64,000 nt of DNA from an uncultured delta proteobacterium (GCA_963706575.1 CAVPNL010000005.1:331556-395555); one strand, 5' to 3'. Shown: positions 30,719 through 40,892, counted from the first letter of the stretch. Translations and numbers: made by a program. Notes: generated from the letters alone by a model not told the origin.

Positions 30719-30964
30719 ATGAATGAAAAACAATCGATATGGATTTGCACAAACTGCGGATATTCCTCCTCGAAACCGTTTGAGGCGCATATTTGCCCGA
30801 AGTGCCATTTCACCTTCTGGAAATGTATGTATTGTGCTTACGCGCTTATTTCGGCAAGCCCTCCTGAAACCTGCCCGGAATGTAACACACAGGTAAAATT
30901 TCAAAACATTACCTGTTACATACCGGATTGGGATGACCACGAGTACGTGAACAGCGAAAGTTAG
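30719..30964 (+). CDS. Small protein with four CxxC pairs (double rubredoxin/Zn-ribbon-like)
   Basis: WICTNCGY...CPKC..WKCMYCAY...PPETCPEC. Confidence 0.65.
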   Translation: MNEKQSIWICTNCGYSSSKPFEAHICPKCHFTFWKCMYCAYALISASPPETCPECNTQVKFQNITCYIPDWDDHEYVNSES

Positions 30965-31030
30965 ACGGTTACCAGGAATCCATTTTTTTTGTAATGCGCA
31001 TTTTTGATACTTATTAGAAGGGCTGTAATT

Positions 31031-31387
31031 ATGACAGTCAAACAAAATGACACAATGATGATGCATCATACCAAAAGAATCTGTGATCGTTTCGATTGCT
31101 GTTTTTCGGTATGTGTTGCGCGTTTCAACGACACGCAATATTTTCAAGGCAAGATGGCGAACTACAGTCAGAATGGACTGTATTTTGAATCCGAATCAGC
31201 GTTTCAGCCGGGAACAAGTATTTTAATCCGAGTCCAAAATAACCTAAAGGTGGATCGTGCGTTTAGATTCGAAGAAGGATTCAGATCGATGTCCCTCGGA
31301 GAAGTAAAATGGTGTAAAAAATTCATCTCAGAAGGTTCCACCTATTATGCTGTCGGTGTCCAATATTATGAGCCTGATTATGGGTGA
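31031..31387 (+). CDS. PilZ-domain protein
   Basis: RICDR (RxxxR), NYSQNG, GEVKWC, VGVQY. Confidence 0.7.
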   Translation: MTVKQNDTMMMHHTKRICDRFDCCFSVCVARFNDTQYFQGKMANYSQNGLYFESESAFQPGTSILIRVQNNLKVDRAFRFEEGFRSMSLGEVKWCKKFISEGSTYYAVGVQYYEPDYG

Positions 31388-31432
31388 AACTGCCCAGCGC
31401 TTATTGGTTTCACCTATCGAAAGGGGTCTGTC

Positions 31433-32383
31433 ATGTCCAGATCTTCAGCCCATCCCCGCATTCTTTTCGTAACGCCGGAAAATATTTTTTCCCCTGCTGG
31501 TTCCGAAAAGAATACGGATTATATGCCCTCACAATCAAATGGCTTTGCCGAATTCCTGGCGGATCTGATCGGCGATCTGTTTGAACGGGGTGCTGATGTG
31601 CACATAACGCAGCCCGATTATCGCAGCGTTTTTGCAGACATCTTCGACATCAACCCCATAATGGGCGCTCGAAAGATTCCGCAGACCCGGGTACATCTGA
31701 CTGAAGACCGGACGTTTTATTACACCAATTGTCCGGAATCCAATCGCCAGTGGGAAAATATCAGAATTTCTCTGGCCTTCCAGCGCGAAGTCATCAATCG
31801 CATCCTGCCCCTGGTACAGCCGAATTTAATCCACTGCCACGGTTGGATGACCGGCTTGATTCCAGCGATGGCCAGGAGGCTGGAGATTCCCTGTATTTTT
31901 ACCTTTCAGAACCTTGAAACCTGCAAAATCCCTTTATCAGAAATCGAAGACCGAGGAATTGATGCCGCCTCTTTTTGGCACCACCTGTTTTATTATCGCT
32001 TTCCGGCAAATTACGAGGAAACCCGGGAGACCAATCCGGCCGATTTTCTTTTAAGCGGAATCTTTGCGGCTGATTACACCAGCGTCGCCGGTCCTGTTCT
32101 TCTGGTAAAAATCGGCGAAAGCCTCATTCGGTTTCCCGAGGCACCGTTGGGAAGGCTGCTGTCTGAAAAATTGGCATTCGGCTGCAGTGCGGGCGCAGAT
32201 TATCATGCGGTCAGAATACAATATATTGACCTGTATGAAAGGCTGCTCAAAAAGCCGGTCATTGAAACGCGGATAAAGAAATCAAGATTAATCGATGCAT
32301 CGATGCATGCTGGTATCATGTCAAATAAAGCGGACAGCAATTATAATTCTGACACCCATCATGCGGTAAGAATGGCCGGTTAA
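31433..32383 (+). CDS. Degenerate glycogen/starch synthase-like protein (N-terminal GT5 domain only)
   Basis: RILFVTPE, GADVHITQPDYR, LIHCHGWMTGLIP, terminal YIDLYERLL. No KxGG motif and no second GT-B domain. Confidence 0.7.
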   Translation: MSRSSAHPRILFVTPENIFSPAGSEKNTDYMPSQSNGFAEFLADLIGDLFERGADVHITQPDYRSVFADIFDINPIMGARKIPQTRVHLTEDRTFYYTNCPESNRQWENIRISLAFQREVINRILPLVQPNLIHCHGWMTGLIPAMARRLEIPCIFTFQNLETCKIPLSEIEDRGIDAASFWHHLFYYRFPANYEETRETNPADFLLSGIFAADYTSVAGPVLLVKIGESLIRFPEAPLGRLLSEKLAFGCSAGADYHAVRIQYIDLYERLLKKPVIETRIKKSRLIDASMHAGIMSNKADSNYNSDTHHAVRMAG

Positions 32384-32465
32384 TCTGATTTCAATTATCG
32401 GTGGTGTTCTGCAAATTCAAAAAATGAACTCCCTCTATTCTGCTCTTATTCTACCGCTTGTTTTT

Positions 32466-32503
32466 TCTCAATTTTCCGAAATTGTTTTTTGAAATTTCTC
32501 TAA
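32466..32503 (+). promoter_or_regulatory. Conserved upstream activator site, copy 3 (degenerate, 38 bp)
   Basis: TCTCAATTTTCCGAAATTGTTTTTTGAAATTTCTCTAA. Confidence 0.55.
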
Positions 32504-32589
32504 ATCCAGCGGATCATAATAATTTTCTGTTTAAGCCCCGTTAAGGCTAAGTTACTGAATTTAAATTGATTATTATATCTACTATAAAA

Positions 32590-32605
32590 TGGCATATTTC
32601 CTGCT
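32590..32605 (+). promoter_or_regulatory. Sigma-54 promoter
   Basis: TGGCATATTTCCTGCT. Confidence 0.7.
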
Positions 32606-32715
32606 ACCTGTTTAATTAAACACGAACCATATCCGCAAAAAGGATTCTTTTTGATTTAAGTGCCCACAGTCGGTTGCGGTGCCAACAATGACTAGTGTTT
32701 GAAAGGAGGTCAACC

Positions 32716-33024
32716 ATGAAAGAAACACATTTGGATATTCTCATGCAGAAAAAAATACCCAGAGTCGGGCAAACCGTCCGTAGCAAAACGCACGCAACCC
32801 TGTGGCGGGTAATCGAGAAAAAGGAAGTCTGGCAAAATACTTCAGATGATCCGAAGACTGGAGCGCCGCGTTTAATACCTGCTATTCAACTGACGTATTG
32901 GAAGATTAGAAAAGGCGGTCAGCAAGGAATCGGTAAAATGTTGGGCTATGCCTATACCCTTCATGATAATACGTTTGAAGCCAATTGGGATATCGTTGAA
33001 GACGAAAAAGGAGGTGAGCGATGA
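32716..33024 (+). CDS. Hypothetical protein
   Basis: Strong RBS AAAGGAGG. Stop overlaps the next start (ATGA). Confidence 0.7.
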   Translation: MKETHLDILMQKKIPRVGQTVRSKTHATLWRVIEKKEVWQNTSDDPKTGAPRLIPAIQLTYWKIRKGGQQGIGKMLGYAYTLHDNTFEANWDIVEDEKGGER

Positions 33025-33803
33025 CAATCGACAGGAAAAAGATAAAATACGTACCCGGAACTTATGCGCGTCAAAGGCCGGATGTAGCCCAACTGGCCGA
33101 AGAGCATATTCGAAGCTGGGTAAAAAAGCAGCTGAAAGGTATGCCGACCCAGATTGAGGTCGCGCAAATTCGACCGGCCATTTGTTTTTCCCGCAAAATC
33201 GGAGTCGGCGCTCTGCAGATTGCCGATCTGCTGGCAGAAAAACTCGATTATCGTGTCGCAGACAGAGTACTGCTCGATTATATGGCCAAAAATAAAAAGT
33301 TAAGCAAACAGACCATTGAGTTCTTCGATGAACGTTACCCGGGTAAAATGTCGGAGCTGGCATCGATGCTTTTTGGCGAAAGGTCATTTATCTTGAGCGA
33401 TTATATTCAAAATTTTATCAGTGCCACCTACGCATTCGCCGACATGGGTTCGATCGTTTTTGTTGGAAGGGGCATCCATCTCTTTTTACCAAGAGACAGG
33501 GTGCTGGCCGTGCGCATCATTTGCTCTGATCTTAAGCGGATCAGCCGTCTGCGCAAAATTTTAGATGTTCAAGAAAAAGAAGCCAAAAGCATCATCCGCC
33601 AGGTCGATAAAGAGCAACGGGAATTTTTTAAAAAAGCATATGGTAAAAATGAGGCTTCACCTTCCGAGTTCGACATGGTGATTAATCGCGATTTTATCGA
33701 TAATCCGCCAAGCGTGGCGGAAATCGTTGCCAGGGCCTATTTCGAGAAATTTGCGACGGAGTTGGTTGAAAAAAAAAGTCGTTCATATGCCGGAGGCGGA
33801 TAA
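33021..33803 (+). CDS. Cytidylate kinase-like family protein
   Basis: ICFSRKIGVGA..IA..LAEKL; VFVGRG; VRI; D..REFF; FDMVIN. Confidence 0.8.
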   Translation: MTIDRKKIKYVPGTYARQRPDVAQLAEEHIRSWVKKQLKGMPTQIEVAQIRPAICFSRKIGVGALQIADLLAEKLDYRVADRVLLDYMAKNKKLSKQTIEFFDERYPGKMSELASMLFGERSFILSDYIQNFISATYAFADMGSIVFVGRGIHLFLPRDRVLAVRIICSDLKRISRLRKILDVQEKEAKSIIRQVDKEQREFFKKAYGKNEASPSEFDMVINRDFIDNPPSVAEIVARAYFEKFATELVEKKSRSYAGGG

Positions 33804-33910
33804 GAAAAATCAGCGAAGTCTTTGCCGAGGCATTTTTGATCGGCGAAGGAGTGATGACTAAATGGATATGACGGTGCCCGGTAAGCGCAGGGATTTATCG
33901 TAAATACCTG

Positions 33911-34720
33911 TTGGCTCTTTTATGCCTGCTGGCGGCTGTTCTTATCGGTTTGATTCGCTTTCTTACCGGGCCGGAATTTGCCCTATCGCTTTTCTATATC
34001 TTGCCGATAGCGCTGGCGACCTGGTATGCCGGCAGATGGTCCGGCATTACGGTTTCGCTGGCAAGTGCGATTTCCTGGCTGATTGCCGATTTGAACATGG
34101 TGACAACCTTTTCAAGCGCTTTGGTTCCGTATTTGAACGAAACCTTTCGGCTCACCGTATTTTTAATCATCACGTTTATCCTCGCAAAGTTAAAAACGGC
34201 CATTGATAACCATAAAGCTCTCGCCAGAACCGATCCGCTGACCGCAATACCCAACAGGCGCGCTTTTTACGATCTGGCAGAAATGGAGCTGAATAAAGCC
34301 CGTCGCTACCAAAAATCGCTATCGGTTTTATATCTGGACGTTGACGATTTCAAACAGATCAACGACCGTCTGGGGCATCATATCGGCGACGCACTTTTGT
34401 GTTCTGCAGCCAAAATGATAAAAAGAAATATCCGTGCAATTGACATCATTGCGCGATTCGGGGGCGATGAATTCGTTATTTTACTGGCAGAGACCGGCAC
34501 CGAGTCTGTCGCCCTGGTGGCCCGGAAACTAAAAGACAAACTTTTAAACCTGATGCAAAATAATAACTGGCCGGTAACTTTCAGTATCGGTGCGGTCACA
34601 TTTGAAAACCCGCCTGAAAGCGTCGAGCAGGTGATAAATGCCGCTGACCTGCAAATGTATAAAGCCAAAAAGAATGGAAAAAACAGGATTCATTATAAAG
34701 TAATCGAAACCAGGCGATAG
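33911..34720 (+). CDS. Membrane-anchored diguanylate cyclase (start uncertain)
   Basis: N-terminal TM helices; TDPLT..PNRRAF; LDVDDFKQIND; RAID I-site; RFGGDEF. Confidence 0.9.
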   Translation: MALLCLLAAVLIGLIRFLTGPEFALSLFYILPIALATWYAGRWSGITVSLASAISWLIADLNMVTTFSSALVPYLNETFRLTVFLIITFILAKLKTAIDNHKALARTDPLTAIPNRRAFYDLAEMELNKARRYQKSLSVLYLDVDDFKQINDRLGHHIGDALLCSAAKMIKRNIRAIDIIARFGGDEFVILLAETGTESVALVARKLKDKLLNLMQNNNWPVTFSIGAVTFENPPESVEQVINAADLQMYKAKKNGKNRIHYKVIETRR

Positions 34721-34943
34721 CTCTGACCCTTTTGCCCGCAGACATCAAGACTGCAGGCATATAAGCCCTTAACACTTAACACCTTGAGGGGCCGGCCCTT
34801 GCCGTGCCTGTCTCCTGAAGCAGCCATTGTTTTGTGGACCTGCCTTGTAATCTGCTGCAGTTATTTTAATCCTTACATCGCCTTGTGCCGTGCTCAAAAG
34901 CGATATACTTCTTGGCGCTGCCATATTTTTCTTCAGTTTTTTT

Positions 34944-34980
34944 TCGAATATTTGCGAAAAGAATTTCGAATTTTTTCTAA
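34944..34980 (+). promoter_or_regulatory. Conserved upstream activator site, copy 4
   Basis: TCGAATATTTGCGAAAAGAATTTCGAATTTTTTCTAA. Confidence 0.75.
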
Positions 34981-35064
34981 AACCGCGGATCGCGTCGATC
35001 GGACGGCTGATCGCGTATGTGGTAACTATCAGGATTAATATGAAAAGTCTGAGATGAGACCGTC

Positions 35065-35080
35065 TGGCATACTAACTGCT
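35065..35080 (+). promoter_or_regulatory. Sigma-54 promoter
   Basis: TGGCATACTAACTGCT. Confidence 0.75.
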
Positions 35081-35135
35081 ATAGGGATAGGGGCTAATAC
35101 GGTTCAATTTTAAAACACCAAATTGAGGTTAGCAG

Positions 35136-36071
35136 ATGCAAAAAAAAGCGAAAATTTTGTTGGCTGTAGATGGGTCTGATGCATCTCTAAATGCCGTGCG
35201 CCATGTCGGTAAGGTATTTTCTAAACAGCGGAAAATTGTACTCTTGCATGTGTTGTCTGATGTTCCGGAAGCATTTAAAGATTTAAAGGCGGAGCGATCC
35301 TTAGATGCGAAAGAATTTCCGCTCGAGACGTGGCAGGCGCATCAAGGGACAATGATAACCGACTTCATGGAAAAAGCGCGCGCGGTTCTCATCGATGCCG
35401 GCTTTGAGCCCAAGGCGGTTGAAGTCAGAGTACAAGACCTGAAATCCGGTATTGCCAGAGATATTCACACCGAATCGCTGCGCGATTACGCCGCTCTGGT
35501 GGTCGGGCGCACCGGAGTTAGCAAAATTGATGACATCATGATGGGAAGTGTGGCCGCCAAACTCGTCGAAGTCAGCGCGCGCATTCCGATGATTGTCGTG
35601 GGGGCGTATTCGGATTCAAAAAAAATCCTGGTTGCACTGGATGGCTCCAAAGGATCGATGCAGGCCGTGCGATTTGTCGCTGCGGTCGTCGAACCCGGCA
35701 CCTGTGAGCTGATGCTGTGCCACGTGGTCAGACCCCTGGATATTCAAAAATTAAGCTCAAAAGAGCGCTTTGTTGCAAAACATGAAAAACAATGGATTGC
35801 TGCCAATCAACGGAAAATCGTGCCGGTCTTTATTGAAGCCAAAAAACAATTGATGCAAACGGGGGTTTCTGCGGAGAATTTAGCGACCGAAATTCTGACC
35901 TATGAAAAGAGCAGGGCAGCGGCCATTGTAAAGGCTGCCGCCGACGGCGGTTATGATACGATTGCGATGGGCAGAAGAGGATTAACGTCAGTTGAGGCGT
36001 TTAAGATCGGACGGGTATGCAGAAAAATTTTACATTTCTCATTTCGTCCTGCTTTGTGGATTGTAAGCTAA
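35136..36071 (+). CDS. Tandem (two-domain) universal stress protein
   Basis: ILLAVDGS...VVGRTG..MGSVA; ILVALDGS...MGRRG..IGRV. Confidence 0.9.
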   Translation: MQKKAKILLAVDGSDASLNAVRHVGKVFSKQRKIVLLHVLSDVPEAFKDLKAERSLDAKEFPLETWQAHQGTMITDFMEKARAVLIDAGFEPKAVEVRVQDLKSGIARDIHTESLRDYAALVVGRTGVSKIDDIMMGSVAAKLVEVSARIPMIVVGAYSDSKKILVALDGSKGSMQAVRFVAAVVEPGTCELMLCHVVRPLDIQKLSSKERFVAKHEKQWIAANQRKIVPVFIEAKKQLMQTGVSAENLATEILTYEKSRAAAIVKAAADGGYDTIAMGRRGLTSVEAFKIGRVCRKILHFSFRPALWIVS

Positions 36072-36159
36072 GAATCCCATTTGGATCGATTCGAAAATTC
36101 CATATCTCTGTTGAACGTGAACCCTATTTGAGTAAGCTGAATTTACTATAGCCGTCCAA

Positions 36160-38088
36160 ATGATAGAAAACATTCTTTCAGCAAAAAATCTTTCCGTGCT
36201 GCTCATCGTCCTGCCTTTTTGCGGTGCCTGGATGTGTTACTGCATCCGCTTCAGCAAAATTCGCATGATTATTATTTTATTAACCGGTTGCCTGCTGATC
36301 GCCGCTGCATTTGTCCTCATGGGCCTGTCACCGTTTCATTTTTCATTGAAGCCAATTTTCGGTGTGCATTTAAACTTCATGGTCGAGGCTTTGGATTTTC
36401 TCCTGCTGGCGGTCATTTTGTATCTGGGGTTCAAGCATCGCAGCTGGATCGTAAAAGCGCTGGCGCTTTTTCAAATCATTTTTTTGGCCTATTTTGAGTT
36501 TTTTCTGGTGAAGGATCGGGTATCTTCCACTGCCTTTTTTTGCGACCATTTATCGATTCTGATGATTTTAATCATCTGCCTGGTCGGCGCATTCATCTGT
36601 TTTCAGGCGATCGCCTATATGAAAAATCACGAAAATCATTTACAGCTGACAACCTCGAAACAACACCGGTTTTTTGGTGTTATGATGCTGTTTTTAGGTG
36701 CGATGAACGGCCTGGTACTTTCCAATGATATGCGCCTTTTTTACTTTTTCTTCGAACTGACGACACTTTGCTCCTTTTTTCTTATTGCGCACGATGGAAC
36801 CGAATTGGCAAAAAACAGTGCCGTGCGGGCGTTATGGATGAACAGCCTGGGGGGTGCCGCTTTTATCATCGGGCTGATCTTCGTTTATGCGGATACGGGC
36901 ATGCTGGAGTTGCAACCCATTTTGACTTCCGGAAAACTGGGCAGCGGTTTGTATTTGTTAGGGGTTGCGCTTCTTTGTTTTGCAGCGTTCACCAAATCCG
37001 CTCAGTTTCCGTTTCAGAGCTGGCTGCTGGGTGCGATGGTTGCGCCCACCCCGGTATCCGCACTATTGCACTCAAGCACCATGGTCAAGGTCGGCGTCTA
37101 TCTGGTGTTGCGTCTGGCTCCGGCAATGAACGGCACCTTTTTGAGCCAATGCGTTGCCGTTTTCGGCGGGTTTACATTTCTTTGTGCCGCGGCCTTAGCG
37201 GTCGGCCAAAGCAACGGTAAAAAGGTTCTGGCCTATTCGACCATCAGCAATTTAGGGCTCATTTTTGCCTGCGCCGGCTTGAATACATCGCAAGCCATAA
37301 TCGCCGGAATGCTTCTAATCGGTTTCCATGCCGTCATCAAAGCGCTTCTATTTCTCTGTGTGGGTGCGATCGAGCAGCACATTGCCAGCCGCGATATCGA
37401 AGACATGCGGGGGCTTTATGCCGATATGCCCTTAACGGCGCTGATGACCGTTATGGGTGTCATTATGATGATTATGCCGCCCTTTGGCATACTGCTAAGC
37501 AAGTGGATGGCCATGGAGGCTGCCGCCAGCAATCTCTACGTCATTATTATGATCGCTCTGGGAAGTGCCCTGACGGTAATGTATTGGGCGCGATGGGCGG
37601 GCACTTTGATGAGTGATCCGTTCGCCGGCAGGTTCAAGCCGGAGCGGCAGCCGTTTTTCACATGGTTAGCCTTGGGCGCGCTGTGCGGGGGAGCAGGCTT
37701 GCTGAGCACGACGGCCCCCTGGCTTTATGAGCAGATTGTTCCTGCTTTAAGCCGGGGTTATGCGCCACCCTACACCTCACATAACGGTATTTTAGAGAAT
37801 TCCTACGGTGTATTTGCTGTCTTTCCGTTATGTCTCGTCGCCGCCTTGGGTTTTGTCGTTGCCATTCTGGCGGTAAAGAGAGCTGCCAGGGCTCGAGTGG
37901 TCAAGCCCTATCTCAGTGGCGTGCAAACGGCAGAATCCGGGCTGTTCATCGGTCCCATGAACCAGCTGGTAAAAGCGGAGGCCAAAAACTACTATCTTTC
38001 CTCCATATTCGGCGAGAAGAAACTGACGACATGGATAAACCTCGCTGCCGGAGTGCTGCTCACCCTTATGGCGGGAGGTACCTTATGA
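36160..38088 (+). CDS. echA: Ech hydrogenase subunit A (NuoL/MrpA-like)
   Basis: FFELTT, KSAQFPFQSWLLGAMVAPTPVSALLHSSTMVK, LAYSTISNLG. First gene of a six-gene ech order. Confidence 0.85.
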   Translation: MIENILSAKNLSVLLIVLPFCGAWMCYCIRFSKIRMIIILLTGCLLIAAAFVLMGLSPFHFSLKPIFGVHLNFMVEALDFLLLAVILYLGFKHRSWIVKALALFQIIFLAYFEFFLVKDRVSSTAFFCDHLSILMILIICLVGAFICFQAIAYMKNHENHLQLTTSKQHRFFGVMMLFLGAMNGLVLSNDMRLFYFFFELTTLCSFFLIAHDGTELAKNSAVRALWMNSLGGAAFIIGLIFVYADTGMLELQPILTSGKLGSGLYLLGVALLCFAAFTKSAQFPFQSWLLGAMVAPTPVSALLHSSTMVKVGVYLVLRLAPAMNGTFLSQCVAVFGGFTFLCAAALAVGQSNGKKVLAYSTISNLGLIFACAGLNTSQAIIAGMLLIGFHAVIKALLFLCVGAIEQHIASRDIEDMRGLYADMPLTALMTVMGVIMMIMPPFGILLSKWMAMEAAASNLYVIIMIALGSALTVMYWARWAGTLMSDPFAGRFKPERQPFFTWLALGALCGGAGLLSTTAPWLYEQIVPALSRGYAPPYTSHNGILENSYGVFAVFPLCLVAALGFVVAILAVKRAARARVVKPYLSGVQTAESGLFIGPMNQLVKAEAKNYYLSSIFGEKKLTTWINLAAGVLLTLMAGGTL

Positions 38089-38936
38089 TCGACACCGCTG
38101 TCCTCATCCTGATCGGTCTCGCCATCGGTCCTTTGCTGGGGGGGCTTGTTAGCGGTCTGGACCGAATATTGACCGCTCGGCTCCAGTCTAGAATCGGTCC
38201 GCCACTGTGGCAGCCGTTTTTCGATGTGGTCAAACTCTGGGGCAAAGAACAAACGGTGGTCAACGTTTGGCAGGCATTTTGCGCCTACTGTTATGTGGCG
38301 GCCACCTCCATCGCACTGGTCCTTTTTATCCTGCGGTCGGACCTTTTACTGATCTTATTCATCCAGGCCGTAGGAGCGGTCTTTCTGGTCGTTGGCGCCT
38401 TGTCATCCACATCGCCGTTTAGCCAGGTGGGTGCCCATCGCGAGCTTTTACAGATGCTATCCTACGAGCCCCTTCTGATTCTTGTGACCGTAGGCGTTTT
38501 TCTTGAAACCGGCAGCTTTAAAATCGAAAGAATCTACAGCTGGAATGAACCGCTGCTCATGAAGCTGCCGTTTCTATTCGTGGTTCTCGGATACGCACTG
38601 ACCGTCAAACTACGCAAATCACCGTTTGACCTGTCCACTTCGCATCACGCCCACCAGGAGCTGGTTAAGGGGCTGCTCACCGATTATTCCGGACCGATAC
38701 TGGCCCTTAGCGAGATCGGCCACTGGTATGAGGTGGTGCTTCTGCTGGGCCTTTGTTCCCTGTTTTGGGCAACCAGCTGGATCGGAATGCTCGTCATTGT
38801 GGTCGTGACATATTTCCTTGAAGTCTTGATCGATAATGTTTCGGCTCGCCTGAACTGGCGCTGGATGCTGGGATATGTATGGGCCATGGGTCTGACCCTG
38901 TCTTTGGTGAATCTTATCTGGTTGTATGTTGGCTAA
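38085..38936 (+). CDS. echB: Ech hydrogenase subunit B (NuoH-like)
   Basis: DRILTARLQSRIGPP..QPFFD..KL; SYEP; KSPFDLSTSHHAHQELVKG. Confidence 0.85.
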   Translation: MIDTAVLILIGLAIGPLLGGLVSGLDRILTARLQSRIGPPLWQPFFDVVKLWGKEQTVVNVWQAFCAYCYVAATSIALVLFILRSDLLLILFIQAVGAVFLVVGALSSTSPFSQVGAHRELLQMLSYEPLLILVTVGVFLETGSFKIERIYSWNEPLLMKLPFLFVVLGYALTVKLRKSPFDLSTSHHAHQELVKGLLTDYSGPILALSEIGHWYEVVLLLGLCSLFWATSWIGMLVIVVVTYFLEVLIDNVSARLNWRWMLGYVWAMGLTLSLVNLIWLYVG

Positions 38937-38947
38937 GAGGCGCGGGC

Positions 38948-39403
38948 ATGCTTAAAAATCTCATCCAAAAGGCGCGAGTCAAGTCACCCTGGCTGCTGCA
39001 TTATGACTGCAGCAGCTGCAACGGCTGCGATATCGAAGTTCTGGCGTGTCTGACACCGGTTTATGATATTGAACGCTTCGGCATCATCAATGTCGGCAAT
39101 CCCATGCATGCCGATATCCTGCTGGTAACCGGCACGGTTAATCACCGCAACCGCAAGGTGTTGCTGAATTTGTTCGACCAGATGCCGGATCCCAAGGTGG
39201 TTGTGGCCATCGGATCCTGTGCACTGTCGGGCGGCATTTTTCGCGAAGCCTATAATGTGGTCGGCGGCGTCGACAGGGTCATACCGGTAAATGTTTATGT
39301 TCCCGGTTGCCCGGCCAAACCCGAGGCCATCATCGACGGTGTGGTCATGGGTCTGGAAACGCTGGGGCAAAAAAAGAAGGAGGGAAAAACCGATGCTGCA
39401 TGA
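38948..39403 (+). CDS. echC: Ech hydrogenase small subunit C
   Basis: SCNGCDIE, ADILLVTG, IGSCA..GG, YVPGCPAKPE. Confidence 0.9.
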   Translation: MLKNLIQKARVKSPWLLHYDCSSCNGCDIEVLACLTPVYDIERFGIINVGNPMHADILLVTGTVNHRNRKVLLNLFDQMPDPKVVVAIGSCALSGGIFREAYNVVGGVDRVIPVNVYVPGCPAKPEAIIDGVVMGLETLGQKKKEGKTDAA

Positions 39404-39767
39404 TGTGGCCTGCGCCAGCCTGGAAACACTGGTGGGCGAAGTCGCCAAACTAAAAGTGCTGGGCTACCGCTTGGTGACCCTGTCCTGTGTGGAACGGGAT
39501 GAAGATACCTTTGATATTTTCTATCATTTCGACAAGAACCTCACCCTCAAGCATTTTAAACTCAACGTCTCCAAAGGTGTCCCGGTTCCGAGTATCACCC
39601 CGGTATATTTCGCTGCCTTTTTGGTCGAAAATGAAATCCAGGATCTGTTCGGCATTGCCTTCGAAGGACTGGCGCTTGATTACGAGCGTACCTTGTATTT
39701 AGACGAAGAAGTCAGGGCGACACCATTTTGCAGGTTTACCGTGGCAAAGGCCGCTCGAAATGAATAG
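39393..39767 (+). CDS. echD: Ech hydrogenase subunit D (NuoC-like)
   Basis: YRLVTLSC, YHFD, PSITPVY.AAF.VENEIQDLFG. Confidence 0.85.
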   Translation: MLHDVACASLETLVGEVAKLKVLGYRLVTLSCVERDEDTFDIFYHFDKNLTLKHFKLNVSKGVPVPSITPVYFAAFLVENEIQDLFGIAFEGLALDYERTLYLDEEVRATPFCRFTVAKAARNE

Positions 39768-39815
39768 ACGACATATCCGGTGCCGGGTGAATCATAAAGC
39801 GGCAGGAGAAGCCAA

Positions 39816-40892
39816 ATGCTGAAAACCATCATACCGTTCGGTCCGCAACATCCGGTTTTGCCCGAACCGCTGCATTTGAAACTGACGGTGGAAGACGAAA
39901 TTATTACGGAAGTATTTCCAGCCCTGGGCTTTGTCCACCGGGGGCTGGAGAATCTTGTAAACCTGCGGGATTTTCAGCAGATGATCCAGGTAATTGAACG
40001 GGTCTGCGGGATCTGTTCGATGATCCATGCGATGTGCTTCTGCCAGGGCATCGAAGAGATGATGGAAGTTGAAGGGCCGCCGCGAGCCAAGTTCCTGCGT
40101 ATCATCTGGTCTGAATTGCACCGGATGCAAAGTCATCTATTATGGCTGGGACTGTTTGCCGACAGCTTTGGCTTCGAGAGCCTATTTATGCAATTCTGGA
40201 AAATTCGCGAAAAGGTCCTGGACATCAACGAGGCCACCACGGGAAACCGGGTTATTATTTCGGTGAATGTCATCGGGGGCGTGCGCAGGGATTTGAGCAG
40301 TGAACAGCTAAGATGGATTCTTTGCGATCTTTCTTGGATTGAAAACGAGATGGGTCTTTTGGAAACCACTTTGCTGTCAGACTATACGGTTAAAAAACGA
40401 ACCGTCGGCAAGGGGGTTTTATCAACGGAAAAGGCCTTTGAGTTGGGCGCTGTCGGACCGACCGCACGTGCCAGCGGAATTGCGCAAGACATGCGCCTGC
40501 TGGGATATTCCGCGCTCGGCCAGCTTGACTTTGAGCCGGTGGTGGAAACCGCCGGCGACTGCTATGCCCGCGGCAAGGTGCGCTTTCAGGAAGTCCACCA
40601 GAGTATCAATCTCGTCCGGCAGGCGATTGGCAAGATACCCGCGGGAGAAATCCGTGTCAAGGTCAAGGGCAGACCCCAAGGCGAAACGTTCACCCGGGTC
40701 GAGCAACCCCGGGGCGAACTGTTTTATTATATCAAAGCCAACGGCTCCAAGAACCTGGAGCGACTGCGAATTAGAACGCCGACCTTTGCAAACATACCGG
40801 CCTTGCTGAATATATTGCCCGGCATGTGGCTTTCTGATGTGCCGGTGGTCGTTTTGTCCATCGATCCGTGCATCAGCTGTACAGAACGGTGA
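39816..40892 (+). CDS. echE: Ech [NiFe] hydrogenase large subunit E (group 4)
   Basis: PFGPQHP, ERVCGICS (L1), EQPRGE, DPCISCTER (L2, no C-terminal extension). Confidence 0.95.
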   Translation: MLKTIIPFGPQHPVLPEPLHLKLTVEDEIITEVFPALGFVHRGLENLVNLRDFQQMIQVIERVCGICSMIHAMCFCQGIEEMMEVEGPPRAKFLRIIWSELHRMQSHLLWLGLFADSFGFESLFMQFWKIREKVLDINEATTGNRVIISVNVIGGVRRDLSSEQLRWILCDLSWIENEMGLLETTLLSDYTVKKRTVGKGVLSTEKAFELGAVGPTARASGIAQDMRLLGYSALGQLDFEPVVETAGDCYARGKVRFQEVHQSINLVRQAIGKIPAGEIRVKVKGRPQGETFTRVEQPRGELFYYIKANGSKNLERLRIRTPTFANIPALLNILPGMWLSDVPVVVLSIDPCISCTER

